Shown: positions 45,134 to 56,498, numbered from the stretch's first letter. The stretch: 64,000 nt of DNA from Eubacteriales bacterium (GCA_045660185.1 JAZRDI010000006.1:68288-132287), one strand, 5' to 3'. Notes: generated by a model not told the origin, from the sequence alone. Translations and numbers: made by a program.

Positions 45134-46015
45134 CTAAATTTTTGTTTTGAAAAACTCGCTTTTCAAAACGGCGCGCGTTTTTTCTGTGGGCGGATAAAGC
45201 GGTAAACGCATATTGGGCTCGCAAAATCCAAGTAAATGCATAACGTATTTTATGGGCGTGGGATTCGTTTCAAGGAACAATGCCCGAACCTTGCTTATGA
45301 CGCTTCGCTGCGAAATTAAAGCCGCATCGGTGTCACCTCTCCAAAAAGCGTTCGTAATCTCTAAAACTTCGCACGGGTACGCGTTTGATAAGACGGAAAT
45401 AACTCCCATACCGCCGAGGGCGAGGGACGTGTATATTTGAGTATCGTTTCCTGCATAAAGCGTCAGTCTATCGGCGAATGCCGAAAGCTCAACGAGGCGA
45501 TCCGCAGAGTCTGATGCCTCTTTTATAGCGCAAACGTTCTCCTCTTCGGCGAGTTTATCTATCGCATCAAAAGATAGGTTGACACCCGTTCTCGAAGGAA
45601 CATTGTAAACAATAGTTGGCAAATCCGTGGCGTTTGCAATGGTTTTGTAATGAAAGACTATTCCGTCTTGAGTTCCTTTGTTGTAATAAGGAGTCACGGA
45701 AAGAAGCGCGTCTGCTCCATAGACTTTTGCGCGCTTTGCGTATTTGACCGCTTTTTTAGTATCGTTACTTCCAATACCGAAAATCAGCGGAACTCGATGG
45801 TTGACAGATTTTGCGCAAAAGCTGTAAAGCTTATCCCTTTCGTAGTCGGAAAGCGTTGAAGCTTCGCCCGTAGTGCCGCCGATAACGATAGCGTCGATTG
45901 AGGATTGAATTTGAAATTCTATGATTTTTTCGAGCGCCTTATAATCAATTTTTCCGTTTTTGAATGGAGTTATAAGCGCGGTTGCTGCTCCTGAAAATAT
46001 CGTTTTCTTTTTCAT
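45134..46015 (-). CDS. dapA: 4-hydroxy-tetrahydrodipicolinate synthase
   Basis: GTTGEASTLS motif, the active-site Lys context (ICAIKEAS) and 293 aa length. Confidence 0.92.
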   Translation of the reverse strand: MKKKTIFSGAATALITPFKNGKIDYKALEKIIEFQIQSSIDAIVIGGTTGEASTLSDYERDKLYSFCAKSVNHRVPLIFGIGSNDTKKAVKYAKRAKVYGADALLSVTPYYNKGTQDGIVFHYKTIANATDLPTIVYNVPSRTGVNLSFDAIDKLAEEENVCAIKEASDSADRLVELSAFADRLTLYAGNDTQIYTSLALGGMGVISVLSNAYPCEVLEITNAFWRGDTDAALISQRSVISKVRALFLETNPTPIKYVMHLLGFCEPNMRLPLYPPTEKTRAVLKSEFFKTKI

Positions 46016-46033
46016 ATAAATCTTTTTAACCTC

Positions 46034-46062
46034 TTGAAAAAAATCGGAGTGTGGTGTATAAT
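46034..46062 (+). promoter_or_regulatory. sigma-A type promoter for queA
   Basis: TTGAAA (46034-46039), 17 nt, TATAAT (46057-46062). Confidence 0.55.
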
Positions 46063-46115
46063 ATACACATTAATATTTTATGCGAAAATAAAAGGTAAGT
46101 GAAAAAGGGTATAAC

Positions 46116-47198
46116 GTGGAAATCAAAAAGTGTGAAATAGTTAACGAAAGAATTGCAACCGATCTTAAGACGTCGGATTTTTACTATGACTTGCCGGAGG
46201 AATTGATTGCTCAATTCCCAAGCAAAGAGCGAGATATGTGTCGCCTTATGGTAATAGACAGAGAGAAAAAGGAAATATCTCACAAAGTATTCCGCGACAT
46301 AATAGAATATTTGAATCCCGAGGATATGCTTGTCGTAAACTCTTCGAAGGTTATTCCGGCAAGATTACTTGGAAAGACCGATAAAACAGGCTCGGATATG
46401 GAGCTTTTGCTTCTTCGCGCCCTCGATAACGGTCAGTGGGAAACTCTCGTAAGGCCCGGAAAACGCGCGAAAGTTGGCGCAAGCTTCAGTTTTGGCGGTA
46501 TTCTTAAAGCCACTGTAACCGATATAGTTGAAGGCGGAAACCGTACCGTAGAATTTTCTTACGATACGGAAAAATACAAGAGTATATACGAGGTTCTTGA
46601 CGAGGTTGGAAATATGCCTTTGCCTCCGTATATAACGAAGAAGCTCGAAAATAAAGATGACTATCAGACCGTATATGCCAAAAAAGAGGGATCTGCAGCG
46701 GCACCAACCGCGGGACTTCATTTTACAGATGAGCTTATAGAAAAAATAAAAGCGAAGGGTGTTGGATACGGTGAGGTAACGCTTCACGTCGGTCTTGGTA
46801 CCTTTAGACCTGTTAAGGTTGATAAAATTGAAGAGCATCTTATGCACGGAGAATATTTCTTCGTCACCGACGAGGTTGCTGAAGAGATTAACAGACGTCG
46901 CGCGGCGGGTGGACGTATTATAGCGGTTGGAACGACGTCATGCCGTGTTCTTGAAAGCGCGTCAGACGAAAACGGAGTAGTGCATGCCATGAGCGCAGAA
47001 ACGGGAATATTCATTTATCCCGGTTATAAATTCAAAGCAACCGACGCTTTGATAACCAACTTCCATCTTCCCGAAAGCACGCTTTTAATGCTTGTATCCG
47101 CGCTTGCCGATAAGGAGACCGTAATGGGTGCGTACGATGAAGCAGTGAGAGAAAAATATCGCTTCTTCTCGTTCGGCGACGCAATGTTTATCAAATAA
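46116..47198 (+). CDS. queA: S-adenosylmethionine:tRNA ribosyltransferase-isomerase
   Basis: [16 protein letters not shown]-terminal signature, [24 protein letters not shown] start. Confidence 0.92.
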   Translation: MEIKKCEIVNERIATDLKTSDFYYDLPEELIAQFPSKERDMCRLMVIDREKKEISHKVFRDIIEYLNPEDMLVVNSSKVIPARLLGKTDKTGSDMELLLLRALDNGQWETLVRPGKRAKVGASFSFGGILKATVTDIVEGGNRTVEFSYDTEKYKSIYEVLDEVGNMPLPPYITKKLENKDDYQTVYAKKEGSAAAPTAGLHFTDELIEKIKAKGVGYGEVTLHVGLGTFRPVKVDKIEEHLMHGEYFFVTDEVAEEINRRRAAGGRIIAVGTTSCRVLESASDENGVVHAMSAETGIFIYPGYKFKATDALITNFHLPESTLLMLVSALADKETVMGAYDEAVREKYRFFSFGDAMFIK

Positions 47199-47340
47199 GC
47201 GTAAAAATGAAAGTGACGTAAATAGACTGAAAAACGGAGATTTTTCGAAACAAAAATCAACCGATTATAAATTACTCTATTTTTATCGTTAATAGCTTTC
47301 GTTTTATCGTGTTGATTTATTGACTGAAAAGAGGCTTTGT

Positions 47341-48156
47341 ATGATTTTCGTTTGTCCAAAATGCAAGGGAAAACTGAATATTGATTTGAAATCGGGGGTC
47401 GCAAAATGCGCGCTCGCTCATTCGTATGATAGAAGCCGTTTCGGTTATTATAATCTGTTGCTCGGTTCTTCATCGGGAACGCACGGCGATAACAAAGAAA
47501 TGGTTTTGGCAAGACGTGAATTTTTATCGCGCGATTTTTATTTGCCATTGGCATCTCGCATTGGAGAAATATGCAAAGAAGCTATATCCGATAACGCTTG
47601 CATACTTGATGCCGGTTGCGGAGAAGGATATTACACTTCGATAATACGTGAAAAATGCAAAGAAAAGTGCGCACGTATAGCGGTTTTTGATATTTCAAAG
47701 GATGCTGTTCGAGAAGCATCAAAGAAAAAATGCGCTGATGAATATACGGTAGCGAGCGCGTATCATATGCCGCTATCCGATGGCAGCGTTGATTTGGTTG
47801 TGAACACTTTTTCTCCTTTGGCTCGTGATGAGGTGTACCGAGTTTTGAAGGTTGGCGGGTATTTTGTTATGGCAATCCCCGCAGAAGAGCATCTATACGG
47901 TTTGAAGAGGGCAATCTATAATACTCCATATAAAAACGAGGTCGCAGATACCAAACTTGAGGGATTTTCGCTCGTTTCAAGTGAAGAGCTTAAATACACG
48001 ATAAATCTTAACACGGATTCCGACATAAAAGCTCTTTTTATGATGACACCTTATGCATATAGAACGAATGCGGAGGGCAGAGCGCGTGTTCTTGGATTGA
48101 AAGAACTTAACACGGATGCCCATTTCCTCATTTTGATGTATAGAAAGGATTTCTAA
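47341..48156 (+). CDS. rlmA: 23S rRNA (guanine-N1)-methyltransferase RlmA family
   Basis: N-terminal zinc ribbon (FVCPKCKGKL...CALAHSYD), GYYNLL, and SAM motif LDAGCGEGYY. ATG at 47341 follows AAGAGG. Confidence 0.8.
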   Translation: MIFVCPKCKGKLNIDLKSGVAKCALAHSYDRSRFGYYNLLLGSSSGTHGDNKEMVLARREFLSRDFYLPLASRIGEICKEAISDNACILDAGCGEGYYTSIIREKCKEKCARIAVFDISKDAVREASKKKCADEYTVASAYHMPLSDGSVDLVVNTFSPLARDEVYRVLKVGGYFVMAIPAEEHLYGLKRAIYNTPYKNEVADTKLEGFSLVSSEELKYTINLNTDSDIKALFMMTPYAYRTNAEGRARVLGLKELNTDAHFLILMYRKDF

Positions 48157-48157
48157 A

Positions 48158-48595
48158 ATGGATATTACTCACGGAAAATATCTCGGTGTTGATTACGGTG
48201 ATGTTCGCACAGGACTTGCCGAATGTGACGTTTCGGGACTTTTGGCTACGGGAATTACGACTATAAAAGAGGGCGGAATGCGAAAGACCGCTATCCGTGT
48301 TGCAAAAGAAGCGGAAATTCGCTCTTGCAAAAGAATAATTATTGGTCTTCCTAAAAATATGGATGGAACGATGGGTGAGCGTACTGAAGTTATACATGCG
48401 TTTGCGGATATTCTTCGTGAGCTTACGCAAATACCTATCGACTTCTTTGATGAAAGAATGAGCACGATGATAGCCTATAGATACCTCGGCGCAACCGAAA
48501 CGTTTGGCAAGAAGCGTAAGGATGCCGTTGATACGCTTTCTGCAGAAATAATTTTACAAGGATATATAGACAAGGAGCGTAACGCCAAGAAATAA
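48158..48595 (+). CDS. ruvX: Holliday junction resolvase-like protein RuvX (YqgF)
   Basis: YLGVDYGDVRTGLA N-terminus, GLPKNMDGT, and DERMST(M) motif. Confidence 0.88.
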   Translation: MDITHGKYLGVDYGDVRTGLAECDVSGLLATGITTIKEGGMRKTAIRVAKEAEIRSCKRIIIGLPKNMDGTMGERTEVIHAFADILRELTQIPIDFFDERMSTMIAYRYLGATETFGKKRKDAVDTLSAEIILQGYIDKERNAKK

Positions 48596-48725
48596 AGCTT
48601 TGAATGCGACGCTAAATCTCCATTATGATTAAAAAGATTTAGCGTGAAAAATGCTTCAATCCTATATGTATGCCAGAGGTCAAGAAAATACTTAAGTATA
48701 TTTACCCAATCCCACAAATAAAATT

Positions 48726-48756
48726 AAGCAAGTGAAACGCTTGCTTTTTCTTTTTT
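48726..48756 (+). terminator. Rho-independent terminator after ruvX
   Basis: AAGCAAG-tgaaacg-CTTGCTT followed by TTTCTTTTTT, immediately before the next RBS. Confidence 0.6.
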
Positions 48757-48765
48757 GGAGGGATT

Positions 48766-49263
48766 ATGGATTGTTTTATTAATGTGCTTAAACGCTCGGT
48801 TGCTGTTTTTTTAGTTATCGCTCTTTTGATTTGCGGATTGGTGTCTTGCCGGGAGTACGTGCAGCCGTATATGCTGATGGTTGAATTTTGCAAAAGCTAC
48901 GGAATATCGGGTACTATATTTTCGCCTTGCGTAAAAGAGGGGGAGAACGGCTATACCGACGAGGCCTTTTTTGATAACATATTCGGTGGGGGAAGTGAAT
49001 GCGTTTCCGATTATGCGATAGTATTCGTTTCTGATTTGAATACCGTTGGAGAATGCGCGGTCCTTTTATGTTACACGGAATACGATGCACTCGTTTCGTG
49101 CGATGCCATGCGACGCAGAATAGATTTAATAAAAACCATGGGCGCAAGCATTGACACCTCTTATGCTTTTGATGCGGTTGTGTTTAAAAGTGGGAAATAC
49201 GCTATCATGTGCGTTCTTTCCGATAATAAACGAGCAGAGAGGATATGGAGAAAAATACTTTAA
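48766..49263 (+). CDS. Hypothetical lipoprotein (possibly DUF4358-like)
   Basis: Lipobox GLVSC. The family assignment is only an impression from overall layout. Confidence 0.5.
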   Translation: MDCFINVLKRSVAVFLVIALLICGLVSCREYVQPYMLMVEFCKSYGISGTIFSPCVKEGENGYTDEAFFDNIFGGGSECVSDYAIVFVSDLNTVGECAVLLCYTEYDALVSCDAMRRRIDLIKTMGASIDTSYAFDAVVFKSGKYAIMCVLSDNKRAERIWRKIL

Positions 49264-49310
49264 CCTATTCTAACTATATTTAACGGCGCATAAATCGAGA
49301 AATTATTCTC

Positions 49311-49339
49311 TTGACATTATATCAAAAAAAGTGTATACT
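49311..49339 (+). promoter_or_regulatory. sigma-A type promoter for thiI
   Basis: TTGACA (49311-49316), 17 nt, TATACT (49334-49339). Confidence 0.55.
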
Positions 49340-49411
49340 GTATAGCGTGTAAAAATAAAAGTACTCCGTTTTATAAGCTTAAAATAATTTGAACGGAAAA
49401 AGGAAGAAAAA

Positions 49412-50605
49412 ATGATTGATGAAGTAATACTTTGCAAATACGGCGAAATAATATTAAAGGGACAGAACAGACGTAATTTTGAGTCGATGCTCGTAAAAGA
49501 GCTTCGCCGTCGCGCTTCGCCCCACGGTGTGTTTAAGATATATTTTAACCAGTCTACTATATACGTTGAGCCTCAAAATGACGATTGCGATATGGACGCT
49601 ATGTACGAAAGTGCAAAGCACGTATTTGGTATCATAAGCGTTAATCGCGCCAAAGCGTGCGAGAAAAATATGGAGTCTATAATAGCGACCGCAAAAGAGT
49701 ATCTTCCAAAGAAGCTTATCGGTAAGAAAACCTTCAAGGTCGATGCAAGACGTTCAGATAAAGCATTCCCTCTTAAATCTCCCGAAATTTCACGCGACGT
49801 TGGAGCTGCGATACTTGAAGCAACCGGTGGCAAGATTCGCGTTGACGTAAAAAATCCCGACGTTGTTATCGGTGTTGAAGTAAGAGATAATTACGCATAT
49901 ATAAGAGCGGGTCAAGAGCCCGGCGCGGGCGGACTTCCTATTCGTTCTGCAGGACGCGGACTTCTTCTCCTTTCGGGTGGAATTGATTCTCCTGTTGCGG
50001 GTTGCATGATGGCAAAGCGCGGTCTTGAAATTGAAGCGCTTCACTTCGAGTCCTTCCCTTATACTTCAGAGCGCGCGAGAGAAAAGGTATTGACGCTTGC
50101 GCAGGAAATGTGCGAATTTTGCTCTAAAATTCACGTTCATATAATTTCGCTTACTCACATTCAAGAGGAGCTTCGCGATAACTGCGAAGAGGATTATTTC
50201 ACACTCCTTCTCCGTATGTTTATGATGCGCCTTGCGGAAAGATGCGCTATAGATTATAAGTGCGGAGCGATAATAACGGGTGAAAGTCTCGGTCAGGTTG
50301 CATCGCAAACTCTCGCTGCAATCGGCGTTACCGATTCTGCAGTTAACATTCCCGTATTCCGTCCTTGTATTGGACTAGACAAGAGCGAGATAGTTATCGA
50401 AGCGAGAAAGTACGGAACGTTCGAAACGTCAATACTTCCGTTCGAGGATTGCTGTACTGTATTCACTCCTCGCCACCCAAAAACCCAGCCTCGGCTTGAA
50501 GACGTTATGCGTGAGCTTGAGAAGATTGATTTCGAAGGTCTTCTTGATGAAGCATACGCAACCATGACTACCGAAACGAAGCTTGTTTTCCCCGAGTATA
50601 GATAG
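49412..50605 (+). CDS. thiI: tRNA 4-thiouridine(8) synthase ThiI (no rhodanese domain)
   Basis: THUMP-type N-terminal part and PP-loop LLLSGGIDSPVA; 397 aa. Confidence 0.92.
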   Translation: MIDEVILCKYGEIILKGQNRRNFESMLVKELRRRASPHGVFKIYFNQSTIYVEPQNDDCDMDAMYESAKHVFGIISVNRAKACEKNMESIIATAKEYLPKKLIGKKTFKVDARRSDKAFPLKSPEISRDVGAAILEATGGKIRVDVKNPDVVIGVEVRDNYAYIRAGQEPGAGGLPIRSAGRGLLLLSGGIDSPVAGCMMAKRGLEIEALHFESFPYTSERAREKVLTLAQEMCEFCSKIHVHIISLTHIQEELRDNCEEDYFTLLLRMFMMRLAERCAIDYKCGAIITGESLGQVASQTLAAIGVTDSAVNIPVFRPCIGLDKSEIVIEARKYGTFETSILPFEDCCTVFTPRHPKTQPRLEDVMRELEKIDFEGLLDEAYATMTTETKLVFPEYR

Positions 50606-50663
50606 AAACTGCTTTAAACAATTTTATATTAAACCGAAAGGTTAAATGAAAAGCAAATAAAAG

Positions 50664-50711
50664 AAAAAGACGTAAGCGTTGAAATAATGTAGTCAACACT
50701 TGCGTCTTTTT
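50664..50711. terminator. Bidirectional terminator between thiI and the 50742-51545 gene
   Basis: AAAAAGACGTAAGCGTTGA ... TCAACACTTGCGTCTTTTT, with two non-Watson-Crick positions. Confidence 0.65.
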
Positions 50712-50741
50712 GTCGTTTTTGTAAATAATTGTATTCAAAAA

Positions 50742-51545
50742 CTACTTTAATACAGCTTCTTTTTTCTCTTCGGCAACTTTCAATTCGAGATTTTCTTCGT
50801 TAAGATTTTTATTGGTTTCTTTGTTGAGCTTTTCTTTAACGGCGGCAATTATAGGCTTTATGTAAAAGAGAGTAACGGATACCAAAACGAGTGCGGCGTA
50901 TCGAAGTATGTAAGAAAACCAGCCGTTATCGTCGTTGAGGTAGGGAAGATTCTTTTGGGGCGGTCCTGAAACATACATAAAGTTTATATCGCTGACACCG
51001 TCGTATACGATACTGTTAATGTAAAATGCAAAGAACATAATTATAAGGAGCATTTTCATACAAGAAAAATAACCCTTAAGTGTGGGACCGTGTTCTTTAT
51101 CGCATGCAAGATAGAGAGCAAATACCATGATAGCGCCGTGATAAATAAAGTATTGCGCACTGATTATCCAAAGTCCGTTTCTTGAGCTATCGGTAGCGAT
51201 AAGAAGCGCGGCAAGACCTCCGATAAGACAACTCGGCATCATAAAGCTCGTGAGAAGATGCTTTAGCTTTTCGTTCGTTGAGAAGTTTAAAATAACTATG
51301 AAAATAATTTGTATCGAGCAAAGGTGGAAGGGGAGGTCGGTTTTGGGAAGTACGCCCCCGTGTGTATCTTCGTTTTGAATTGTGTAGTAGAAGATTTTAA
51401 TTATCTCCGATACTATGCCTATACCAAGCATAATCTTTGCCATTTGTGTGAATTTTAATTTTCTTGAATAGACGAATCCTACTGCTACGAGTATCAGCGA
51501 AATCGCGACTAATATCAAGTGTTTTGTTCCAAAAAGGCCGTGCAT
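50742..51545 (-). CDS. YwaF/TIGR02206-family integral membrane protein
   Basis: FGTKHL N-terminus, the LPFHLCS motif, and a polytopic profile. Confidence 0.6.
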   Translation of the reverse strand: MHGLFGTKHLILVAISLILVAVGFVYSRKLKFTQMAKIMLGIGIVSEIIKIFYYTIQNEDTHGGVLPKTDLPFHLCSIQIIFIVILNFSTNEKLKHLLTSFMMPSCLIGGLAALLIATDSSRNGLWIISAQYFIYHGAIMVFALYLACDKEHGPTLKGYFSCMKMLLIIMFFAFYINSIVYDGVSDINFMYVSGPPQKNLPYLNDDNGWFSYILRYAALVLVSVTLFYIKPIIAAVKEKLNKETNKNLNEENLELKVAEEKKEAVLK

Positions 51546-51646
51546 AAAGTTTCTCCTTAACGTTGTTGATTAAATTAACACGCGGTATTATACCATAGCT
51601 TCCAAATTTTTTCAAGATGTAACGCGCAATTTTATTTTATTTAATA

Positions 51647-51675
51647 TTGACAACCGAAGGAATTTGTGATAGAAT
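51647..51675 (+). promoter_or_regulatory. sigma-A type promoter of the valS leader
   Basis: TTGACA (51647-51652), 17 nt, TGa-TAGAAT (51670-51675). Confidence 0.7.
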
Positions 51676-51679
51676 ACTT

Positions 51680-51975
51680 AAGCAGGAATGCTTCTGACGA
51701 GGAGTATCCGTTATGGCGGCAGCAATAAGAGATGTAGCGGGTGGTGAAAGCTACAGAGCGTAACGGTGAAGGTAGCGTTGGAATAATCGGGAAGAACGGC
51801 ATACGCCTATTAGACCCCGACGTGCTTCGCGTTAAGAAGTCAAGAGAGCGCGTTTTGAGCGTGGGAGAATTTAAAGCTTCTTCGTTTTCTATGTTGCTGA
51901 ATTCGGGTGGTACCGCGGAAAAGATATTTCGCCCCGAGGTGAGTTTTGCTTACCTCGGGCTTTTTGTTTTTTTGC
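51680..51975 (+). promoter_or_regulatory. T-box riboswitch leader (valine-specific by context) with an intrinsic terminator
   Basis: AGAGA box at 51728-51732. T-box sequence AATTCGGGTGGTACCGCGG at 51900-51918. Terminator CCCGAGGT...ACCTCGGG plus a T-run at 51931-51975. Candidate GUA specifier triplets at 51760-51762 and 51772-51774. Sits directly upstream of valS. Confidence 0.88.
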
Positions 51976-52021
51976 CCGAAGATAATAAATGAGTTAATAA
52001 AACCGAAAGGAAACAAATAAA

Positions 52022-54655
52022 ATGAGAGAAGAACTTGCAAAAAATTATAACCCTTCAGAGTTTGAAGACAGAATTTATGCCAAGTGGTGCGAAAAGGGAT
52101 ACTTCGCTCCCGATGCGGACAAAAAGAAGCCCGCATTCTCAATCGTTATCCCCCCGCCAAACGTAACCGGTCAGCTTCACATGGGGCATGCGCTTGACCA
52201 GACCTTGCAGGATATCCTTGTTCGTACCAAGCGTATGCAGGGCTATTCTACCCTTTGGGTACCCGGCACAGACCACGCGGGTATCGCAACACAGATAAAG
52301 GTTGAGGAAAATCTTCGTGTTAACGAGGGACTCACAAGATACGATCTCGGCCGTGAGAAATTCCTTGAACGCGTTTGGGATTGGAAAAATCAGTATGGTA
52401 ACAGAATTATTAATCAGCTTAAAAAGCTCGGCTCGTCTTGTGATTGGCAAAGAGAACGCTTCACGATGGATGAAGGCTGCTCAAGAGCCGTTCGTGAGGT
52501 ATTTGTAAATCTCTACGATAAGGGGCTTATCTATCGCGGTCACAGAATTATCAACTGGTGCCCGAGATGCCTTACCGCTCTTTCGGATGCAGAGGTAGAG
52601 TATAAGGATCAGCCCGGCTCGTTCTGGCATATCAAGTATCCTCTCAAGGATGGCACGGGCTACGTTGAGGTTGCCACCACACGTCCCGAAACTATGTTTG
52701 GAGATACTGCTGTTGCAGTTAACCCTGATGATGAAAACACCAAGCATCTTATAGGAAAAACTCTCATTCTTCCCATCGTTGGAAGAGAGATTCCCGTTAT
52801 AGCGGACGATTACGTAGAAATAGGATTCGGTACCGGTTGCGTTAAGATTACCCCCGCGCACGACCCCAACGACTTCCTCGTAGGTCAAAGACACAACCTT
52901 GAGCAGATTAAGGTTATGAATGACGATGCTACGATGAATTCCTATGCAGGAAAATACGAGGGAATGGATAGATACACCTGCCGTAAGGCTCTCGTTGCAG
53001 ACCTTGAAGCAGAAGGCTTCCTCGTTAAGACCGAGCCTCACGATCATAACGTTGGTACTTGTTACCGTTGCGGAACTACCGTTGAGCCTATGACCTCGGA
53101 TCAATGGTTCGTTAAAATGAAGCCGCTTGCAGAGCCCGCAATCGAGGCGGTTGAAAACGGATCTATCAGCTTCGTTCCCGAACGTTTCTCGAAGAATTAT
53201 TTCAACTGGATGAACAATATTCTTGACTGGTGCATTTCCCGTCAGCTTTGGTGGGGACACAGAATTCCCGCCTTCTACTGTGACGCGTGCGGACACATGG
53301 AGGTTTCGAAGACCGATATTACCGAATGTCCGAAGTGCGGCGGTGCGGTAAGACAGGAGGAGGACGTTCTTGATACGTGGTTCTCTTCTGCGCTTTGGCC
53401 ATTCTCAACTATGGGTTGGCCCGACAGCACCGAAGACCTCGCGCGTTATTATCCTACATCGACTCTCGTTACAGGATATGATATTATCACCTTCTGGGTA
53501 TCCCGTATGATATTCTCCGGTATTGAGCATACCGGAAAGATTCCGTTCTCAAAGGTTCTTATCCACGGTCTTGTAAGAGATGCACAGGGAAGAAAGATGT
53601 CTAAATCTCTCGGAAACGGAATTGACCCCCTTAAGATAATTGAGCAGTACGGTGCAGATGCGCTTCGTTTCGCTCTTGCGACCGGTAACGCTCCCGGAAA
53701 CGATATGAGATTTTCCGACGAGAAGATAGAGTCGGCAAGAAACTTTGCAAATAAGCTTTGGAACGCATCGAGATTCGTTCTTATGAATCTTACCGAGTCT
53801 GACGAGGAGCTTCTTAAGATGCCTAAAGAAAGTGAGCTTGCTCCCGAAGATAAATGGATAATCTCCGCTTTCAACAAGCTTGCAAAGACGGTTAACGATA
53901 ACATAGAAAACTACGAAATCGGTGTAGCTCTCGGTGAAATTTATTCGTTCACTTGGGACACGTTCTGCGACTGGTACATTGAGATGACAAAGAGCCGTAC
54001 GTTCGCAGGAGCAACTCCCGAAGCGCTTGTTGCAAAGAGAGTTCTCGTTTACGTTCTTAAGGGAATACTCAAGCTCCTTCATCCCTATATGCCCTTCATC
54101 ACCGAAGAAATATATCAGGCGCTTCCTCATACCGAAGAGTCTATTATGATTGCAGAGTATCCTTCTTATGACGAAACTCTTGATTATACCGCAGATGAAG
54201 AAGAGGTAAGAAGAATTATTTCTTGCATTACCGCCATCAGAGCGCGCAGAGCGGAAATGAATATTGCTCCTTCTAAAAAGGCAAAGCTCTACGTAGTAAC
54301 AAAGTACAAGAGCACATTCGAAAATGCAGGCAAAATGCTTGAGAAGCTTGCATCCGTGTCAGAACTTTACATTGTTGATAGCTACGATTCCGACGATGCG
54401 GTTGCAATAGCTACCGATTCGGGTAACCTCTACATTCCTCTTGCAGACGTTATCGACTTCGATAAGGAAAGAGCAAGACTTACCGCTGAATACGAGAAGA
54501 ACGAGGGCGAGATTTCGCGCCTTGAAAAGAAGCTTTCCAACGAGGGCTTCGTTGCTAAAGCTCCCGCTGCGGTAGTTGAGGGTGAAAAGGCAAAGCTTGC
54601 CAAGTATATGGAAACCAGAGCAGCTCTTACAGAAGCGTTGGCAAAGCTTAAATAA
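52022..54655 (+). CDS. valS: Valine--tRNA ligase
   Basis: 877 aa. HIGH-type motif [17 protein letters not shown] motif present, and a C-terminal coiled coil. Confidence 0.96.
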   Translation: MREELAKNYNPSEFEDRIYAKWCEKGYFAPDADKKKPAFSIVIPPPNVTGQLHMGHALDQTLQDILVRTKRMQGYSTLWVPGTDHAGIATQIKVEENLRVNEGLTRYDLGREKFLERVWDWKNQYGNRIINQLKKLGSSCDWQRERFTMDEGCSRAVREVFVNLYDKGLIYRGHRIINWCPRCLTALSDAEVEYKDQPGSFWHIKYPLKDGTGYVEVATTRPETMFGDTAVAVNPDDENTKHLIGKTLILPIVGREIPVIADDYVEIGFGTGCVKITPAHDPNDFLVGQRHNLEQIKVMNDDATMNSYAGKYEGMDRYTCRKALVADLEAEGFLVKTEPHDHNVGTCYRCGTTVEPMTSDQWFVKMKPLAEPAIEAVENGSISFVPERFSKNYFNWMNNILDWCISRQLWWGHRIPAFYCDACGHMEVSKTDITECPKCGGAVRQEEDVLDTWFSSALWPFSTMGWPDSTEDLARYYPTSTLVTGYDIITFWVSRMIFSGIEHTGKIPFSKVLIHGLVRDAQGRKMSKSLGNGIDPLKIIEQYGADALRFALATGNAPGNDMRFSDEKIESARNFANKLWNASRFVLMNLTESDEELLKMPKESELAPEDKWIISAFNKLAKTVNDNIENYEIGVALGEIYSFTWDTFCDWYIEMTKSRTFAGATPEALVAKRVLVYVLKGILKLLHPYMPFITEEIYQALPHTEESIMIAEYPSYDETLDYTADEEEVRRIISCITAIRARRAEMNIAPSKKAKLYVVTKYKSTFENAGKMLEKLASVSELYIVDSYDSDDAVAIATDSGNLYIPLADVIDFDKERARLTAEYEKNEGEISRLEKKLSNEGFVAKAPAAVVEGEKAKLAKYMETRAALTEALAKLK

Positions 54656-54736
54656 TACAAAGATAAATTTTAATTTAACAAAACATTGGCATCTGCCTCG
54701 GTTTCGATGCAGATGCCAATTGCAAAAAAAGGAAAT

Positions 54737-55657
54737 ATGAGATACGATTTTAATCCTGACGATAAAACAAAAGAGGCAATACTTAACACGGTAGTGCATT
54801 CGGGAAGTTTTTTTGATGATGAGAGCGTGAAAAATCTCATAATAGAAGAGGGAATTGAGGAGATTGCCGAAAATGCCTTCAGAGATTTTTTATCGGTGGA
54901 ATCCGTAACGCTGCCTAAAAGCCTTAAAAAAATATCAGCTTGTGCCTTTTCGGGATGCAAGAACCTTTTCCGTGTTGAGTTTAGTAACGGTATTTTGGAA
55001 ATATGCGACGAGGCATTTGCCTTCTGCTCTTCGCTCACCTCGGTGAATATGCCTAACAGTGTTAAGCGAGTTGGCGAGGGCGCGTTTGAGGGTTGCGCTT
55101 CTCTTACGAGCCTTAAGATTTCGGAGTCCTGCGAAATGATTGGTTCAGGCGCGTTTTCATTCTGCTTTAACCTTAAGGACGTAACGATACCGGATAGCGT
55201 TTTACTCATCGAATTTAACGCATTTGCATCTTGCTTTTCGCTTGAAGGAGTTAAGCTTTCCACCTCTATGGGAATGCTTGACGAATCTCTCTTTGAGGGA
55301 TGCCGTTCTCTAAAAGTGGTAGATATGCCACCTAAACTTTACAAAATAGGCAGAAGGGTGTTCAAAGGATGTGCTTCTCTTGAGAGCGTTATCCTTCCGA
55401 TTACGCTTCGTGAAATTGGATTTGATGCATTTTCCGGGTGCAGAGCCTTAAAGAGAGTTGCCGTTCCAAAAGGGCTTCGCGAGATAGAGGATGACGATGC
55501 GTTTTCGGGATGTGACTCGCTTTCCGAGATAACGTATGCCGGTAATAAGGAAGGTTGGGAATATCTCAATCACGGAAAGACTCTCACCGTTCAAAGAAGC
55601 GACCTTTCATACTATTCGCCAAAGGTTCATTTTCTCGACTTGAAGAGCGAATTTTAA
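54737..55657 (+). CDS. BspA-type leucine-rich repeat protein (no signal peptide seen)
   Basis: Repeated I.E.AF.GC.SL..V.LP units. I prefer the ATG at 54737 because the track start lies inside a 13-bp hairpin after valS. Confidence 0.68.
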   Translation: MRYDFNPDDKTKEAILNTVVHSGSFFDDESVKNLIIEEGIEEIAENAFRDFLSVESVTLPKSLKKISACAFSGCKNLFRVEFSNGILEICDEAFAFCSSLTSVNMPNSVKRVGEGAFEGCASLTSLKISESCEMIGSGAFSFCFNLKDVTIPDSVLLIEFNAFASCFSLEGVKLSTSMGMLDESLFEGCRSLKVVDMPPKLYKIGRRVFKGCASLESVILPITLREIGFDAFSGCRALKRVAVPKGLREIEDDDAFSGCDSLSEITYAGNKEGWEYLNHGKTLTVQRSDLSYYSPKVHFLDLKSEF

Positions 55658-55702
55658 TATTAAAATGCGTTTTTGCAAACAATACCGAAACGGAGCTTAA
55701 AT

Positions 55703-56368
55703 ATGAAATACAAATGCTTAATTCTCGACCATGACGATACCGTGGTAAATAGTAGCGCGAGCATACACTATCCAAGTTTTATTGAGTACCTTAAGGTTTA
55801 CCGTCCGGGCAAAGAGAATGAATATACGTTTGAAAGCTTTATAGAAAAGAATTTTATCCCCGGCATACTTTCGCTTCTTTGCGATGAGGTAGGACTTAAC
55901 GATGATGAACTGAAAAAAGAAGAGGAGTTCTGGAATGATTTTGTCAGAACGAGAACTCCAAAAGCTTACACGGGTATGCGCGATTTGATATCTAAATTCC
56001 GCGAAAAAGGCGGCATCGTTGCAGTTTCAAGCCATTCGATGACTAATTTTATCAAGCGTGATTACGAAGCCAACGATCTTCCTATGCCCGATATAATTTA
56101 CGGCTGGGACATGCCAAAAGAGAACAGAAAGCCCTCGCCGTATAGCGTTCTCGATATAATAGAGCGTTATGGATTTGATAAAAGCGAAATTCTTATGGTT
56201 GACGATCTTAAAGCGGGATTTGATATGGCTCGTTCGGCGGGAATTGATTTTGCCGCTGCGGGTTGGGCATACGACGTGCCTATGATTCGCGACTTTATGA
56301 AAAATCATAGTGATTTTTACCTTGAAAGTGTCGAAGAGCTTGAAAGTCTTCTTTTTGGAGAGATGTAA
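55703..56368 (+). CDS. HAD-superfamily hydrolase
   Basis: LILDHDDTVV motif I and VDDL motif IV. ATG at 55703 follows GGAG. Confidence 0.72.
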   Translation: MKYKCLILDHDDTVVNSSASIHYPSFIEYLKVYRPGKENEYTFESFIEKNFIPGILSLLCDEVGLNDDELKKEEEFWNDFVRTRTPKAYTGMRDLISKFREKGGIVAVSSHSMTNFIKRDYEANDLPMPDIIYGWDMPKENRKPSPYSVLDIIERYGFDKSEILMVDDLKAGFDMARSAGIDFAAAGWAYDVPMIRDFMKNHSDFYLESVEELESLLFGEM

Positions 56369-56427
56369 TTAACGGTTAAACAAATTTCGCGTATTTACTT
56401 TCATAAAAATTTGCGAGGAAAATGAAT

Positions 56428-56478
56428 AAAAGCTAAGCCTTTCGCTTATCTCCGGAGCGTTGGACTTAGCTTTTTTGT
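56428..56478. terminator. Bidirectional terminator between convergent genes
   Basis: AAAGCTAAG ... CTTAGCTTT outer stem with an inner CGCT/AGCG stem, followed by TTTTTTG. Confidence 0.55.
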
Positions 56479-56498
56479 TTATAGAATTGTAAGTTGTT

